Assembly: GCA_965238305.1 (NCBI GenBank)
Contig: CBDEHK010000001.1
Coordinates: 335,816-399,815, forward strand
Source of the DNA: Alphaproteobacteria bacterium
GTDB taxonomy: Bacteria; Pseudomonadota; Alphaproteobacteria; GCA-2731375
Reading direction: 5' to 3'
Length of the DNA stretch: 64,000 nt
The notes beneath the pieces are model-generated. The model did no database searches. It was not told where the DNA came from and was given only the letters and a program-made list of their open reading frames with translations. Shown here in pieces: positions 1 to 9,677 of the stretch. Each line of letters opens with the position of its first letter. Positions within the stretch are counted from its first letter, which is position 1. Position numbers and translations under genes: made by a program.

Positions 1-1770
1 ATGGGTGAAAAAGGCACTTCAAGCCGGGTAGAAGATATCGGCGATCGCATTACTCAATTGGAGAAACAAGCAAGCTTGGTGATGTCGTCAGGGGTCGACG
101 AGCGGCCGCAATATCTTCAGTCTTTTCAACATCAGGTTAACGCCTTGTTGGCCCTATTGCGCACAGATTTGCTGGCCGACCTGCGTGAGCGCGGCGGCGC
201 CAGCCTTTCGAGTTTTCGCCAACTGGCGCGGCAACCGACTTTGGCCTTGTCGTTGATGTCCGCGGCCGCCGCACTGATTGGCGCGATGGCGGTCATTGTC
301 CTGTTACGCGGGGTGCTTTATCCGCTGACAGATATCTTGACTCAGACCAAAGCGTTGGCGAATTCATCTAGCGACGGCCTGGTCGAATTCAGTGGCGATG
401 ACGAACTAAGTCAATTGGCCGAAGCCATCAATCAAGCGTTGGAGAAACGCCGGTCGCGTGGCTTGGCGATGGAGCAGTTGGCGCATTTGGATCCGTTGAC
501 AGGACTACCAAATCGCCAGCTTTTCAGTGATCGGTTGGAAGAAATGATCGAACATGCCCGCCGGCTCGAACGCCAAGTTGCGGTCTATGTTATGGACATA
601 GACAATTTCAAGGACTTGAACGATACCTTAGGCCATGCTGCTGGCGACAGTCTATTGCTGCAAGTCAGCACCCGCTTGCAGGAAGTGTCCCGGGACACGG
701 ATATCGTCGCCAGGCTGGGTGGCGATGAATTTGCCATTATCCAAACCAATATCAATCAATCTGACGGCATTACAATTTTTGCCGACCGAATGCTTAAGGC
801 GTTGACGGAAGCCTATGAAATAAACGGCGTCCCGTTACATAGCACTGCGAGTGTCGGGATAACGGTATACCCCGATGATGTCACAGACTCACTTCAACTT
901 CTGCAAAATGCGGAGTTGGCGCTTTATCGCGCGAAAACCGAAGGGCGTGGGCGGTTTCAATTGTTCGATGCGACCATGCAAGCGGCGGTGCGGCGACGCC
1001 ACACCTTGGAAGCCGAGCTACGTAAAGCCCTGGTAGAAGGTGGACTAGAAGTTTATTATCAACCACGGGTACGCACCAAGGACCAAAACATCGTCGGCGC
1101 GGAAGCTTTGATCCGCTGGACCCATCCGGAAGAAGGCCCAATTTCGCCTGCGGAATTTATCCCGGTCGCCGAGAGCAGCGGCTTGATAACCGAAGTGACA
1201 GAGCTGGTTCTAGCGACAGCCTGCCGGCAAATGGCCATCTGGTCGGAACAATTCGCACTGCCCCTGATGATCTCGGTGAACCTGTCGCCAATCGATTTCC
1301 GCCGGGCCGATATTGTTCAATTTATTGATGGAAACCTGAGAGCAGCCGAATTGTCGCCGTCGCAGCTCGAAGTCGAAATTACGGAAGGCATGGTGATGTA
1401 TGGTGCCGAGCAGGTACGCAGCCGTCTTGGTGAAATTCGCGCCCTCGGGGTGCTATTGGCCATCGACGATTTTGGCACCGGCTTTTCGTCGATGAGTTAT
1501 CTAAAAGATTTCCCCGTCGACACGCTTAAAATTGACCAGTCTTTTGTCGCCGGTATCCCGGAACAACGCGACGACGTTGCCATCACCCAAGCGATCATCA
1601 GCTTGGCTGAAAATTTAGATCTCACCACCATTGCCGAAGGTATTGAATCAGAAGCCCAAGCACAATTTTTTGCTGAACGAAAGTGCGATCAACTGCAAGG
1701 CTATCTGTTTTCCCGTGCCGTCCCAGCAGCTGAATTTGCCGCACTGGTTAAGGCACAGGTCGAAACCTGA
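1..1770 (+). CDS. Membrane-anchored HAMP-GGDEF-EAL cyclic-di-GMP signalling protein; the ORF opens at the window edge, so the true start may lie upstream
   Basis: 589-aa ORF with a hydrophobic segment (LALSLMSAAAALIGAMAVIVLL), a GGDEF motif (RLGGDEFAII), an EAL motif (GAEALIRW) and a downstream DDFGTG motif. Confidence 0.9.
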   Translation: MGEKGTSSRVEDIGDRITQLEKQASLVMSSGVDERPQYLQSFQHQVNALLALLRTDLLADLRERGGASLSSFRQLARQPTLALSLMSAAAALIGAMAVIVLLRGVLYPLTDILTQTKALANSSSDGLVEFSGDDELSQLAEAINQALEKRRSRGLAMEQLAHLDPLTGLPNRQLFSDRLEEMIEHARRLERQVAVYVMDIDNFKDLNDTLGHAAGDSLLLQVSTRLQEVSRDTDIVARLGGDEFAIIQTNINQSDGITIFADRMLKALTEAYEINGVPLHSTASVGITVYPDDVTDSLQLLQNAELALYRAKTEGRGRFQLFDATMQAAVRRRHTLEAELRKALVEGGLEVYYQPRVRTKDQNIVGAEALIRWTHPEEGPISPAEFIPVAESSGLITEVTELVLATACRQMAIWSEQFALPLMISVNLSPIDFRRADIVQFIDGNLRAAELSPSQLEVEITEGMVMYGAEQVRSRLGEIRALGVLLAIDDFGTGFSSMSYLKDFPVDTLKIDQSFVAGIPEQRDDVAITQAIISLAENLDLTTIAEGIESEAQAQFFAERKCDQLQGYLFSRAVPAAEFAALVKAQVET

Positions 1771-1855
1771 AATAGACTGGAAAGTTTGCCGTAACACAAA
1801 GCTTTCCGGCAAACCAATCACTACTACTGGATATTTCAGCGAAAAACTTCGAAGG

Positions 1856-2398
1856 CTATTTCGGTACCACCACCATAGTCATACGGCGGCCTTCAATCTT
1901 GGGGAACTGCTCGACCTTGGTTTCGCTTTCCAGCTCATCGCGAACTTTCTGCAATAGATCGCGGCCCAGTTCCTGATGCGCCATTTCCCGGCCACGGAAG
2001 CGCAGGGTCACTTTGACCTTGTCCCCTTCACCAAGAAATTTCCGCATCGCCCGCATTTTCACATCATAATCATGTTGATCTATGTTCGGCCGCATCTGAA
2101 TTTCTTTGACATGCACAGTCTTTTGCTTTTTACGCGCAATATTGGCTTTTTTCTGCGCTTCGAAGCGAAATTTACCGAAATCCATGATTTTGCAGACCGG
2201 TGGGTCGCTGTTGCCAGCAACTTCCACTAGATCGAGCCCGGCTTGAAAAGCCTGCTCCATGGCGTCGTCCGTTGGGACTTCGCCGACATTCTCCCCAGTT
2301 TCGTCGATCAGTCGTACGGATGGATTATCGATCTGCTCGTTAACACGCGGTCCTTCGCGGACAGGTGGCGTGTTTGAATGTGGTCGACGTGCGATTAT
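1856..2398 (-). CDS. infC: Translation initiation factor IF-3, starting at a non-canonical AUA (2398) or AUC (2395) codon
   Basis: The tracked ORF (1856-2260) holds only the linker and C-terminal domain ([23 protein letters not shown]). The same frame stays open upstream to an in-frame TAA at 2410-2408 and encodes the IF-3 N-domain ([24 protein letters not shown]). No ATG, GTG or TTG occurs in that stretch. An AAGGAG Shine-Dalgarno at 2409-2404 precedes ATA/ATC. Confidence 0.85.
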   Translation of the reverse strand: MIARRPHSNTPPVREGPRVNEQIDNPSVRLIDETGENVGEVPTDDAMEQAFQAGLDLVEVAGNSDPPVCKIMDFGKFRFEAQKKANIARKKQKTVHVKEIQMRPNIDQHDYDVKMRAMRKFLGEGDKVKVTLRFRGREMAHQELGRDLLQKVRDELESETKVEQFPKIEGRRMTMVVVPK

Positions 2399-2474
2399 TT
2401 TATCTCCTTAAGCTGTTTCGTCGTTCCATTGAGTATAGGTTATATCTCAAGCGCAACAAATGGTTAAGCGGCAT

Positions 2475-4388
2475 CTAATCTATAGGTGAAGCAGCTTCCT
2501 CGGCTATTGTCACCAAGGCTGCGTCCAGTGCAAGTACTTCTTGCGATTTACTTCCGAGCCGGCGCAGGGACAACGTGCCTTCTGCGGCCTCGCGTTTGCC
2601 GATCGCAGCAATTATGGGCACCTTTTTCAAAGAATGCTCACGAACTTTGTAATTGATCTTCTCATTCCTCAGATCAAGTTCGATCCGCAAACCTTGGGCG
2701 CGCATTTTTTCGGCAACTACTTGGGCGTAATCGTCGCTTTCTTGCGTAATTGTGGCCAACACGACCTGCACAGGGGCCAGCCAGAGCGGAAAACGACCGG
2801 CATAATGCTCGATTAGGACACCGATAAAACGCTCAAAAGAACCCAAAATGGCCCGGTGCAACATCACCGGGCGGTGTTTTTGCCCGTCTTCGCCGACATA
2901 ATTCGCGTCCAGCCGGTCCGGCAGCACCAAATCGACCTGCAGGGTGCCGCATTGCCAATCACGGCCAATAGCGTCGCGCAAGACAAAATCCAACTTCGGA
3001 CCATAGAACGCGCCGTCGCCCGGATTCAATTCATAGGGTAGGCCAGTGGCGTTAATGGCTTCGGTCAGCGCGCTCTCCATTTTATCCCAAAGTTCGTCAC
3101 TACCGGCACGCACCGGCGGGCGAGTTGATAGCTTGATGACCACGTCGTCGAAGCCGAGATCGCGATAGATGTCGAAAAGCAGGTTGCAAAATCGGTCGCA
3201 TTCAGAATTAATTTGAGCTTCCGTGCAAAAAATATGAGCATCGTCTTGAACAAATCCGCGCACGCGCATTAGACCATGTAACGCGCCCGAAGGCTCGTAA
3301 CGGTGACACGCTCCGAATTCCGCCATCCGCATCGGCAAGTCGCGATAGCTTTTCAGCCCTTGGTTAAATATCTGCACATGACAGGGACAGTTCATCGGCT
3401 TTAGCGCCCACATGCGCTCTTCCGACTCCGTAATATACATATGCTCTTGGTATTTTTCCCAGTGGCCGGATTCTTCCCACAGCCGGCGGTCCACCAACTG
3501 CGGGGTTTTTACTTCGCTATAGCCATTGGCATCCAATTTCGCCCGCATGTAATCCTGCAGTGCTGTATATAGTGTCCAGCCCTTTGGGTGCCAGAACGGG
3601 AAACCGGCGGCTTCTTCCTGAAAATGAAAAAGCTCCATTTCTCGGCCGAGGCGACGGTGATCGCGCTTTTCAGCTTCTTCCAAACGAAACAGGTAGGCTT
3701 TCAGCTCTTTATCATTACGCCAACAGGTGCCGTAAATGCGTTGCAGTTGCTCATTGTTAGAATCGCCGCGCCAATAGGCCCCGGCAATTTTCATCAGCTT
3801 GAAGGCTTTGCCCAACTTGCCTGTCGACGACAGATGCGGCCCGCGGCAAAGGTCCGTGAAAGTGCCTTGGGTATAAACCGAGATTTCTTCCGTCTCCGGC
3901 AGATCGGCAATGATCTCGGCTTTGTAATGTTCGCCGATGGATTTGAAATAATCGACGGCTTTGTCGCGCGACCAAACTTCGCGGACGATCTCTTCGTCGC
4001 GGTCGACGATTTCCGCCATCTTCGCTTCAAGTAACACCAGATCTTCCGGTACAAAGGGTTCGGCGCGGGAGAAGTCGTAGTAAAATCCATCTTCAATGGC
4101 TGGACCAATCGTGACCTGAATATCGGGCCAGAGTTCCTTCGCTGCCTCCGCCAAAACATGGGCGCAGTCGTGGCGAAGCAATTCCAAAGCGTCGTCATCA
4201 GTTCGCGTGACGATGGCCAAATCGGTATCTTGCGTTAAGGGCAAAGATAAATCGATTAATTCGCCATCGACCTTCGCGGCTAGCGCGGCCTTGGCGAGAC
4301 CTGGACCAATGTCTCCGGCAATTTCGCCGGCATTGATCACCCCATCGTATTCACGGACGCTGCCGTCCGGTAGCTTGATGTTGACCAT
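2475..4388 (-). CDS. thrS: Threonine--tRNA ligase
   Basis: 637-aa ORF with a TGS-like N-terminus, an editing-domain HxxxH region ([10 protein letters not shown]) and a class II core ([23 protein letters not shown]). It lies directly upstream of infC, as in many bacteria. Confidence 0.95.
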   Translation of the reverse strand: MVNIKLPDGSVREYDGVINAGEIAGDIGPGLAKAALAAKVDGELIDLSLPLTQDTDLAIVTRTDDDALELLRHDCAHVLAEAAKELWPDIQVTIGPAIEDGFYYDFSRAEPFVPEDLVLLEAKMAEIVDRDEEIVREVWSRDKAVDYFKSIGEHYKAEIIADLPETEEISVYTQGTFTDLCRGPHLSSTGKLGKAFKLMKIAGAYWRGDSNNEQLQRIYGTCWRNDKELKAYLFRLEEAEKRDHRRLGREMELFHFQEEAAGFPFWHPKGWTLYTALQDYMRAKLDANGYSEVKTPQLVDRRLWEESGHWEKYQEHMYITESEERMWALKPMNCPCHVQIFNQGLKSYRDLPMRMAEFGACHRYEPSGALHGLMRVRGFVQDDAHIFCTEAQINSECDRFCNLLFDIYRDLGFDDVVIKLSTRPPVRAGSDELWDKMESALTEAINATGLPYELNPGDGAFYGPKLDFVLRDAIGRDWQCGTLQVDLVLPDRLDANYVGEDGQKHRPVMLHRAILGSFERFIGVLIEHYAGRFPLWLAPVQVVLATITQESDDYAQVVAEKMRAQGLRIELDLRNEKINYKVREHSLKKVPIIAAIGKREAAEGTLSLRRLGSKSQEVLALDAALVTIAEEAASPID

Positions 4389-4571
4389 GATTTCGCGACG
4401 CTTTGTTTATCTAAGTTCATCCAATTTTTCCGCCCGTTTTAGAACGGTCGCGGCAACTTAGTGCGTTTCCATCGCCTGTCAAGCAAAGCCTTGATTTATT
4501 GTAGATTCAGCGCTCAAATGTGGTTGTATTGTAACGAATTTGAATAATTTATTGGTTGGAGTATTTTTCTC

Positions 4572-5695
4572 TTGGAAAATTCTGAAAATTCGTCCCCAAC
4601 AGCTATGGCGAAAACAATCGAAGTTAATCACACTGGAAAATCAGGTGAAATGCTAAAAATCGTGTTGGTGAATTTTTTGCTGAACGTGGTGACGCTTACC
4701 TTTTACCGCTTCTGGGGCAAGACAAAAGTTAGACGATATCTCTGGCGGCACACTGTCCTTGATGGCACGCCGCTTGAATACACCGGCACCGGGCTGGAAT
4801 TGTTTCTAGGCTTTCTGGTCGCGGCAGGGATCTTTTTCGTCGTCACCTTGGTCGGCCAATTTACATTGGGACAGAGCGCCGAACCAGCCCTGATCGGACT
4901 TTACAATTTGGCGTTTTTTATCTTCATCATCCTATTCACCGGATTTGCTGTCTATCGGGCCCGTAATTACCGCCTCAGCCGAACCAATTGGCGTGGCATT
5001 CGCGGCGCCATGAGCGGTTCCGCCTGGCGCCATGCGCTACGTTGGATGAGCTATTACATTTTGCTCGGTTTGAGCATGGGACTAGCTTATCCATGGGTGC
5101 GCACCCGTCTTCAAAAACCATTGACGCGACAATCCCAGTTCGGCGGGAATAATTTCGATCTAACTGCCAATGCAAAGCCACTATACAAACCTTTCTTGGT
5201 TTGTTTTGGCGCGAGTTTTTTTGCTCTTCTCGCTGCATTTACTGTTGCTGGCATACTCATAATTGTCTTGGGTTTTGGCGCGAAATATTTCGATCTCGCA
5301 GATGGCGGTTCTTATAAAGAAATTATGTCGGGCATCGGATTTATCGTTGGTATCGCAATCGTATTGTTTATGTACATCGCAGTAGCGGCAATTTACTCTT
5401 GCTACTTCGTTTTTGAGATGCGTCATTTCATTCGGCACACTAAATATGCGTCGCTGGATCTAAACTTGGAAGCGAAGGCTGGGGCGCTCATCAGGTTGTC
5501 GATAGGAAATTTTTCATTTCTTTATTGACCCTGGGGATATGCCATCCGCTGGCCCAACTCCGCACGTTCAAATTCTTTATAAATCGCCTGGGTTTCGAGG
5601 GTGGTATCGATCTCGATGCAATTGTGCAAAGTCAAGGCAACAAGCCGGCTACTGGCGAAGGCTGGGCGGAGATGTTTGATGTTGGGAATGTCTAA
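4572..5695 (+). pseudogene. DUF898/YjgN-family multi-pass membrane protein with its reading frame broken at a T5 run (5510-5514). The 0-frame stops at 5528. The conserved C-terminus continues in the -1 frame to TAA at 5693-5695
   Basis: The N-terminal part shows the DUF898 signature (GKSGEMLKIVLVNFLLNVVTLTFYRFWGKTKVRRYLW). After the break, the -1 frame reads FFISLLTLGICHPLAQLRTFKFFINRLGFEGGIDLDAIVQ...GEGWAEMFDVGNV*, which repeats the earlier LGLSMGLAYPWVRTRLQ-type DUF898 module. One extra T would restore the frame. The start could be TTG 4572 or ATG 4605. Confidence 0.75.
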
Positions 5696-5698
5696 AAT

Positions 5699-6819
5699 AT
5701 GACTGAATATGCCGGGCGCTATTTCGATGGACGAAGCGCGAAAGAGCGCCTGGTTGTCGTGCGGCTAACGGCGCAGTTTGTCGAAATCACCGGCCGCCAG
5801 GGCGATGTGCGTGAAAGCTGGCCGCTAACGGAACTTTGGACCCCGGACAAGAAACTGAAAGCAGGCGCGCCGGCGGTATTAGCCTGCCATCAGAATGACG
5901 AAGCGCGGCTTTATATCGACGACCCGACTTTCACCGGCGTATTGCTGACCCAATCGCCGCGCCTCGGACGTAGTTTGATGGCCGGGCCGGAGCGGGCAAA
6001 ACAGGTGGTGATTGTTTTTGCACTGCTTGTTTTCTGCGGCGGTGGCTTGATCGCCGGCTTGCATTTTTACGCTGCGCCGATGGCGCGGCTGATCCCGCCA
6101 GCCTGGGTCGAACCCTTGGGCGACCAGGCTTATGGATTGTTAGTTGGCAAAAGCAAAATATGCCGGACCGACGCTGCCGATCGAGCGATTGGAAAATTGC
6201 TCACGGCCTTCTCGGAACACCTAAATAATCCACCAGACATGCGGGTATTGATCGCCAAACACAAGATGGTCAATGCCTTTGCCTTGCCGGGCGGTCGGAT
6301 CGTCTTCATGCATGGGATCATCAAAAAATGGACAGCCCGAACGAATTCGCAGCCGTCCTGGCGCATGAAATGGCCCATGAGAGCGAGCGTCATCCAACGG
6401 TGTCGTTCCTGCGCTCCCTTGGCATTAGTGCCGTCATCAGCATTATTACCGGCGGATCGGATATTTTGGAAACGATCGGGGAGGCTGGTGGTCTGCTGGC
6501 AATGTTATCTTATTCCCGCTCCTTCGAACGCGATGCGGATCGTATCGCGTTCGATCTTCTGGAACGGCAGCAAATCGATCCGCGCGGCCTGGCAACTTTG
6601 TTCACAAAAATGTCCGCAAAGTCGAAAAAGAAGAAAGCCGAGGCGAAAGCAAAAAAACCCGATGATGAGGAAAAATTCAACCTCTTCGATTATTTGAACA
6701 CTCATCCCGGGACTGATGACCGCATCGCCCAAGCCGAGGCTGAATTCCACACTTTGGGATATTCAAAGGAAGCGTTGACACCGGCCGAATGGCAAGCGAT
6801 CAAAAATGTCTGTCGCTAA
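5699..6819 (+). pseudogene. M48-family Zn-metallopeptidase with its reading frame broken at an A6 run (6323-6328); the HEXXH catalytic half lies in the -1 frame (ORF 6328-6819)
   Basis: The upstream ORF ends its conserved sequence at VNAFALPGGRIVFMHGIIKK. The -1 frame continues MDSPNEFAAVLAHEMAHESERH (HEXXH), then SRSFERDADRIAFDLL and HPGTDDRI. One extra A would give a contiguous protein. The 0-frame tail (WTARTNSQPSWRMKW...) has no peptidase motif. Confidence 0.8.
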
Positions 6820-7739
6820 GATCGCACCATGTCTTGAAATTGCGCCCACACCTCCGCCACTGGCAGTTCGGCTAGATCATCCCGTTGAAGATAGCCAGCA
6901 CTGGGCCCACGGGGGGCGCAGCGAACAGGATTTGAGGCGGCGGAAAACAGCGCAACAAAGGGCGCACCGGCAAGTGCGGCGATATGAGAGGGGCCGGTAT
7001 CATTGCCGACCCCACCACAGGCGCGCGCGGCAATTGCGGCGATTTCTTGAAAACTGGTCTGTCCGCTCAAGTCGATAACCCCGGCAATATCTGCGCCGAA
7101 GGCAGTTTCGTCCTTGCCGCCAATGATCACCGGCATGATCCCGACCGCGTACAATTTGGCCGCAAACTCAGCATAATATTCTTCTGGCCAACGTTTTGCC
7201 AAACGATGGGCCGAGCCGCCGGGGATCAGGACAGCAAAGCGTTCGGGTAAATCGAACCGGCCAATATCAGCCTCGACCCAAGAGAAGTCAGTGAGCGGTA
7301 CGTTTTCTAACCCGGCAATGCGCAACTGATCCCGCTGCCGTTCCACCGTATGCATTTCCCCGCGTGTCGGTGTGTCCTGAAAATGCGAACAGCCGGGCGC
7401 AATACCGGACCATTCTGGGCGCTCCGACTTCGGGAAGAAGCGATAATAGAGATTGCTGCGGTCGGAAGTTTGCAGATCATAGACCCGGGAAAAGCCGCCT
7501 TTGCGAAATTGCTTTCGCATTTTCAAGGTTTTGCCAAGCTGGATAACCGGTGCACGCTCATCAATCCAGATCTCGTCGAAATAGCCGCTCTCTTGCGCCA
7601 AAGTTTCAAAGGGAGAGGTTGTCAGAAGAATAATCTGGGCTTTCGCGTGATGCCGGCGGATTGCCTTGCAAGGCCCTAACGCCAGGACAAAATCGCCCAA
7701 CGCGCCGTGTTTGATAATCAGAATGCGCTCGTTGGTCAT
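6816..7739 (-). CDS. Glycosyltransferase family 9 (LPS heptosyltransferase-like)
   Basis: N-terminal ILIIKHGALGDFVLALGP and C-terminal GNDTGPSHIAA motifs typical of GT9. I chose the ATG at 7739 because it forms an ATGA overlap with the stop of the upstream GT4 gene. The longest ORF reaches 7787. Confidence 0.85.
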   Translation of the reverse strand: MTNERILIIKHGALGDFVLALGPCKAIRRHHAKAQIILLTTSPFETLAQESGYFDEIWIDERAPVIQLGKTLKMRKQFRKGGFSRVYDLQTSDRSNLYYRFFPKSERPEWSGIAPGCSHFQDTPTRGEMHTVERQRDQLRIAGLENVPLTDFSWVEADIGRFDLPERFAVLIPGGSAHRLAKRWPEEYYAEFAAKLYAVGIMPVIIGGKDETAFGADIAGVIDLSGQTSFQEIAAIAARACGGVGNDTGPSHIAALAGAPFVALFSAASNPVRCAPRGPSAGYLQRDDLAELPVAEVWAQFQDMVRS

Positions 7740-8905
7740 GCCTCTGTATCCAACAAATCGCGATAGACCGCCAAGGTATCGGCGCACATCCGAGCGACAG
7801 AGAAATTTTTCTCGACATGATCACGGGCTTTTGTCGCCAGCGTTCGTCGCGCCTCGCTATCCAGGTTTAACATTTGATCGAAGGCGCCTGCCATCGCCGC
7901 CGCATCATTGTTCGCCACCAAGGCGCCGGTTACCCGATCCAAGACGATTTCCATCGATCCACCATGATTTGTGGCGACCACGGGCTTCCCCATGGCTTGA
8001 CCCTCAGCACTGACCCGGCCAAAACCTTCCGGTTCAATAGAGGCGGATACGACCACATCCGCCAACATGTAGGCCGCCGCCATGTCGCGGCAGTCTCCCG
8101 GCAAGCGCACCCGATCGGTCAACTTCAATTGCCCGATTTGCGCCTTCAACTCGTCGCTATAATGCTTGCGGCCCTGATCGTTGCCGACCAAAACTAAAAC
8201 GGCTTTTTTGTTTTGCAGTCTTGCCAGCGCTTCGATCGCCAGCAGTTGCCCTTTCCATCGGGTCAAACGTCCGGGCAGCAGGATTACCGGCATGTCATCT
8301 GTTAGCTGCCAGCTTTGTGCTAGTTTCTCGACCCGCTCTTGAGCCACTTTGGCCGGATCAAAATGATCCAGATCGACCCCGCGATGAATACGGACCATCC
8401 GGTTTTCATCGATATGATGACGCCGGCGGATGACATCAGCGACATAGTCGGAAATCGCAATCACCCGGTCACCGGACGCCATCACAGCATTGTAGGGTCG
8501 CTTCAGCCAGCTATCGCCGTAAGGACTATGATAGGTGGTGACAAAAGGGATGCTGGCGCGTCGAGCGGCAAACTTCGCACTCCAGGCCGGAGCCCGGCTG
8601 CGGGCATGAAGCAGATCAACTTGCTCTACCGCGATCAAGTTTTCCAGGCGTGTTATATTTGACCGGATCAAAAAAGGTGATTTGCCGGCCAATGGTAAGG
8701 TTACATGGCGTCCTCCCACCTGTTCCAACTCGGCCACCATACGCCCGCCAGCAGAGGCGACGACAGCGCGCCATCCGGCAGCCACCAAGGCGCGCGCAAT
8801 CTCCACCGTCCCGCGCTCAACGCCACCCTGTTCCATCGCCGGCACCACCTGCAATATGGTCTTGGACGAAGCGTCTTGGGTGTTATAGTTCGCGTCTGTC
8901 GCCAT
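7736..8905 (-). CDS. Glycosyltransferase family 4 (GT-B fold)
   Basis: 389-aa ORF with N-terminal ILQVVPAMEQGGVERG and a C-terminal E-x7-E region (EPEGFGRVSAEGQAMGKPVVAT). Confidence 0.88.
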   Translation of the reverse strand: MATDANYNTQDASSKTILQVVPAMEQGGVERGTVEIARALVAAGWRAVVASAGGRMVAELEQVGGRHVTLPLAGKSPFLIRSNITRLENLIAVEQVDLLHARSRAPAWSAKFAARRASIPFVTTYHSPYGDSWLKRPYNAVMASGDRVIAISDYVADVIRRRHHIDENRMVRIHRGVDLDHFDPAKVAQERVEKLAQSWQLTDDMPVILLPGRLTRWKGQLLAIEALARLQNKKAVLVLVGNDQGRKHYSDELKAQIGQLKLTDRVRLPGDCRDMAAAYMLADVVVSASIEPEGFGRVSAEGQAMGKPVVATNHGGSMEIVLDRVTGALVANNDAAAMAGAFDQMLNLDSEARRTLATKARDHVEKNFSVARMCADTLAVYRDLLDTEA

Positions 8906-8924
8906 TAAGCTAGGTTTTCAATCC

Positions 8925-9677
8925 ATGTCCATTGCGCCCGAGCCACGTATATTAACCCGACCTGACGGTACCGCAATCGCTTATCACCATTTCGCTGGAA
9001 AGTCCCCCGGTATCATTTTCTGCGGCGGTTTCATGTCTGATATGGAAGGCAGCAAAGCGCTGGCGTTAGAAGCCTATTGCCGCGATCACGGACGCGCCTA
9101 CACGCGCTTTGATTATCGCGGCCATGGTGCCTCCGGCGGGGAATTCCGGGATGGCACCATCGGTGCCTGGAAAGACGACGCGCTTGCCATTTTGGATGAC
9201 GTGACCGACGGCCCTCAGGTTATTGTTGGCTCCTCCATGGGCGGCTGGATCATGTTGTTGATGGCCTTGGCACGGCCGGAGCGCCTGCAGGCGCTGATTG
9301 GGATCGCCGCCGCACCGGATTTTGTCGAACGCATGTGGGAGGAGTTCCCGGCACCGGTGAAGGCGGAAATCCTGCGTGAAGGTTTTTTCGCCCGCCCTTC
9401 GGAATATAGTGAGGAGCCCTATATTATCACCAAACAATTGATCGACGAAGGCCGCGATCATGTCATTTTGGATAAACCCCTGGCCATCAAATGCCCGGTG
9501 CGCCTATTACACGGTATGCAAGACCCCGATGTGCCTTGGCAGCATTCTCTGACCATCTGCCAGGCGTTGGAAAGCGAAGATGTGGAAATTACTTTTGTGA
9601 AAAACGGCGATCATCGCCTGTCCGAACCAGCCGATTTAGAGCGACTGCTGAAGACCGTCGGACAATTGTGCGGTTAA
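8925..9677 (+). CDS. Alpha/beta-fold hydrolase
   Basis: 250-aa ORF with a nucleophile elbow (GSSMGG) and a C-terminal GDHRL histidine region. Confidence 0.8.
   Translation: MSIAPEPRILTRPDGTAIAYHHFAGKSPGIIFCGGFMSDMEGSKALALEAYCRDHGRAYTRFDYRGHGASGGEFRDGTIGAWKDDALAILDDVTDGPQVIVGSSMGGWIMLLMALARPERLQALIGIAAAPDFVERMWEEFPAPVKAEILREGFFARPSEYSEEPYIITKQLIDEGRDHVILDKPLAIKCPVRLLHGMQDPDVPWQHSLTICQALESEDVEITFVKNGDHRLSEPADLERLLKTVGQLCG

Noticed and set aside
1771-1855. Complementary segments (GGAAAG/CTTTCC and GTTTGCCG/CGGCAAAC) between the convergent GGDEF-EAL and infC genes, considered as a bidirectional terminator.
   Set aside because: The two pairings interleave and are mutually exclusive as simple hairpins. 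The stems are short and no clear U-tract follows on either strand, so the support is too weak for a feature call.
4389-4571. Possible ThrRS autoregulatory operator or riboswitch-like structure in the thrS leader (hairpin CCGCCCGTT-TTAG-AACGGTCGCGG region).
   Set aside because: The loop does not resemble a tRNA-Thr anticodon loop. I cannot support an E. coli-type operator mimic or a T-box from the sequence.
6332-6697. The 0-frame continuation of the first M48 ORF (WTARTNSQPSWRMKWPMRASVIQ...).
   Set aside because: It has no peptidase motifs and is Arg/Ser/Lys-rich. The HEXXH-containing -1 frame is the conserved one, so this tail is read-through after the frame break.
9636-9677. Convergent 3'-end overlaps of gene pairs (42 nt here; also 17807-17823 and 34451-34468).
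   Set aside because: The overlaps are real but ordinary in compact bacterial genomes. They indicate only that these pairs lack intergenic terminators, and I saw no further structure in them.
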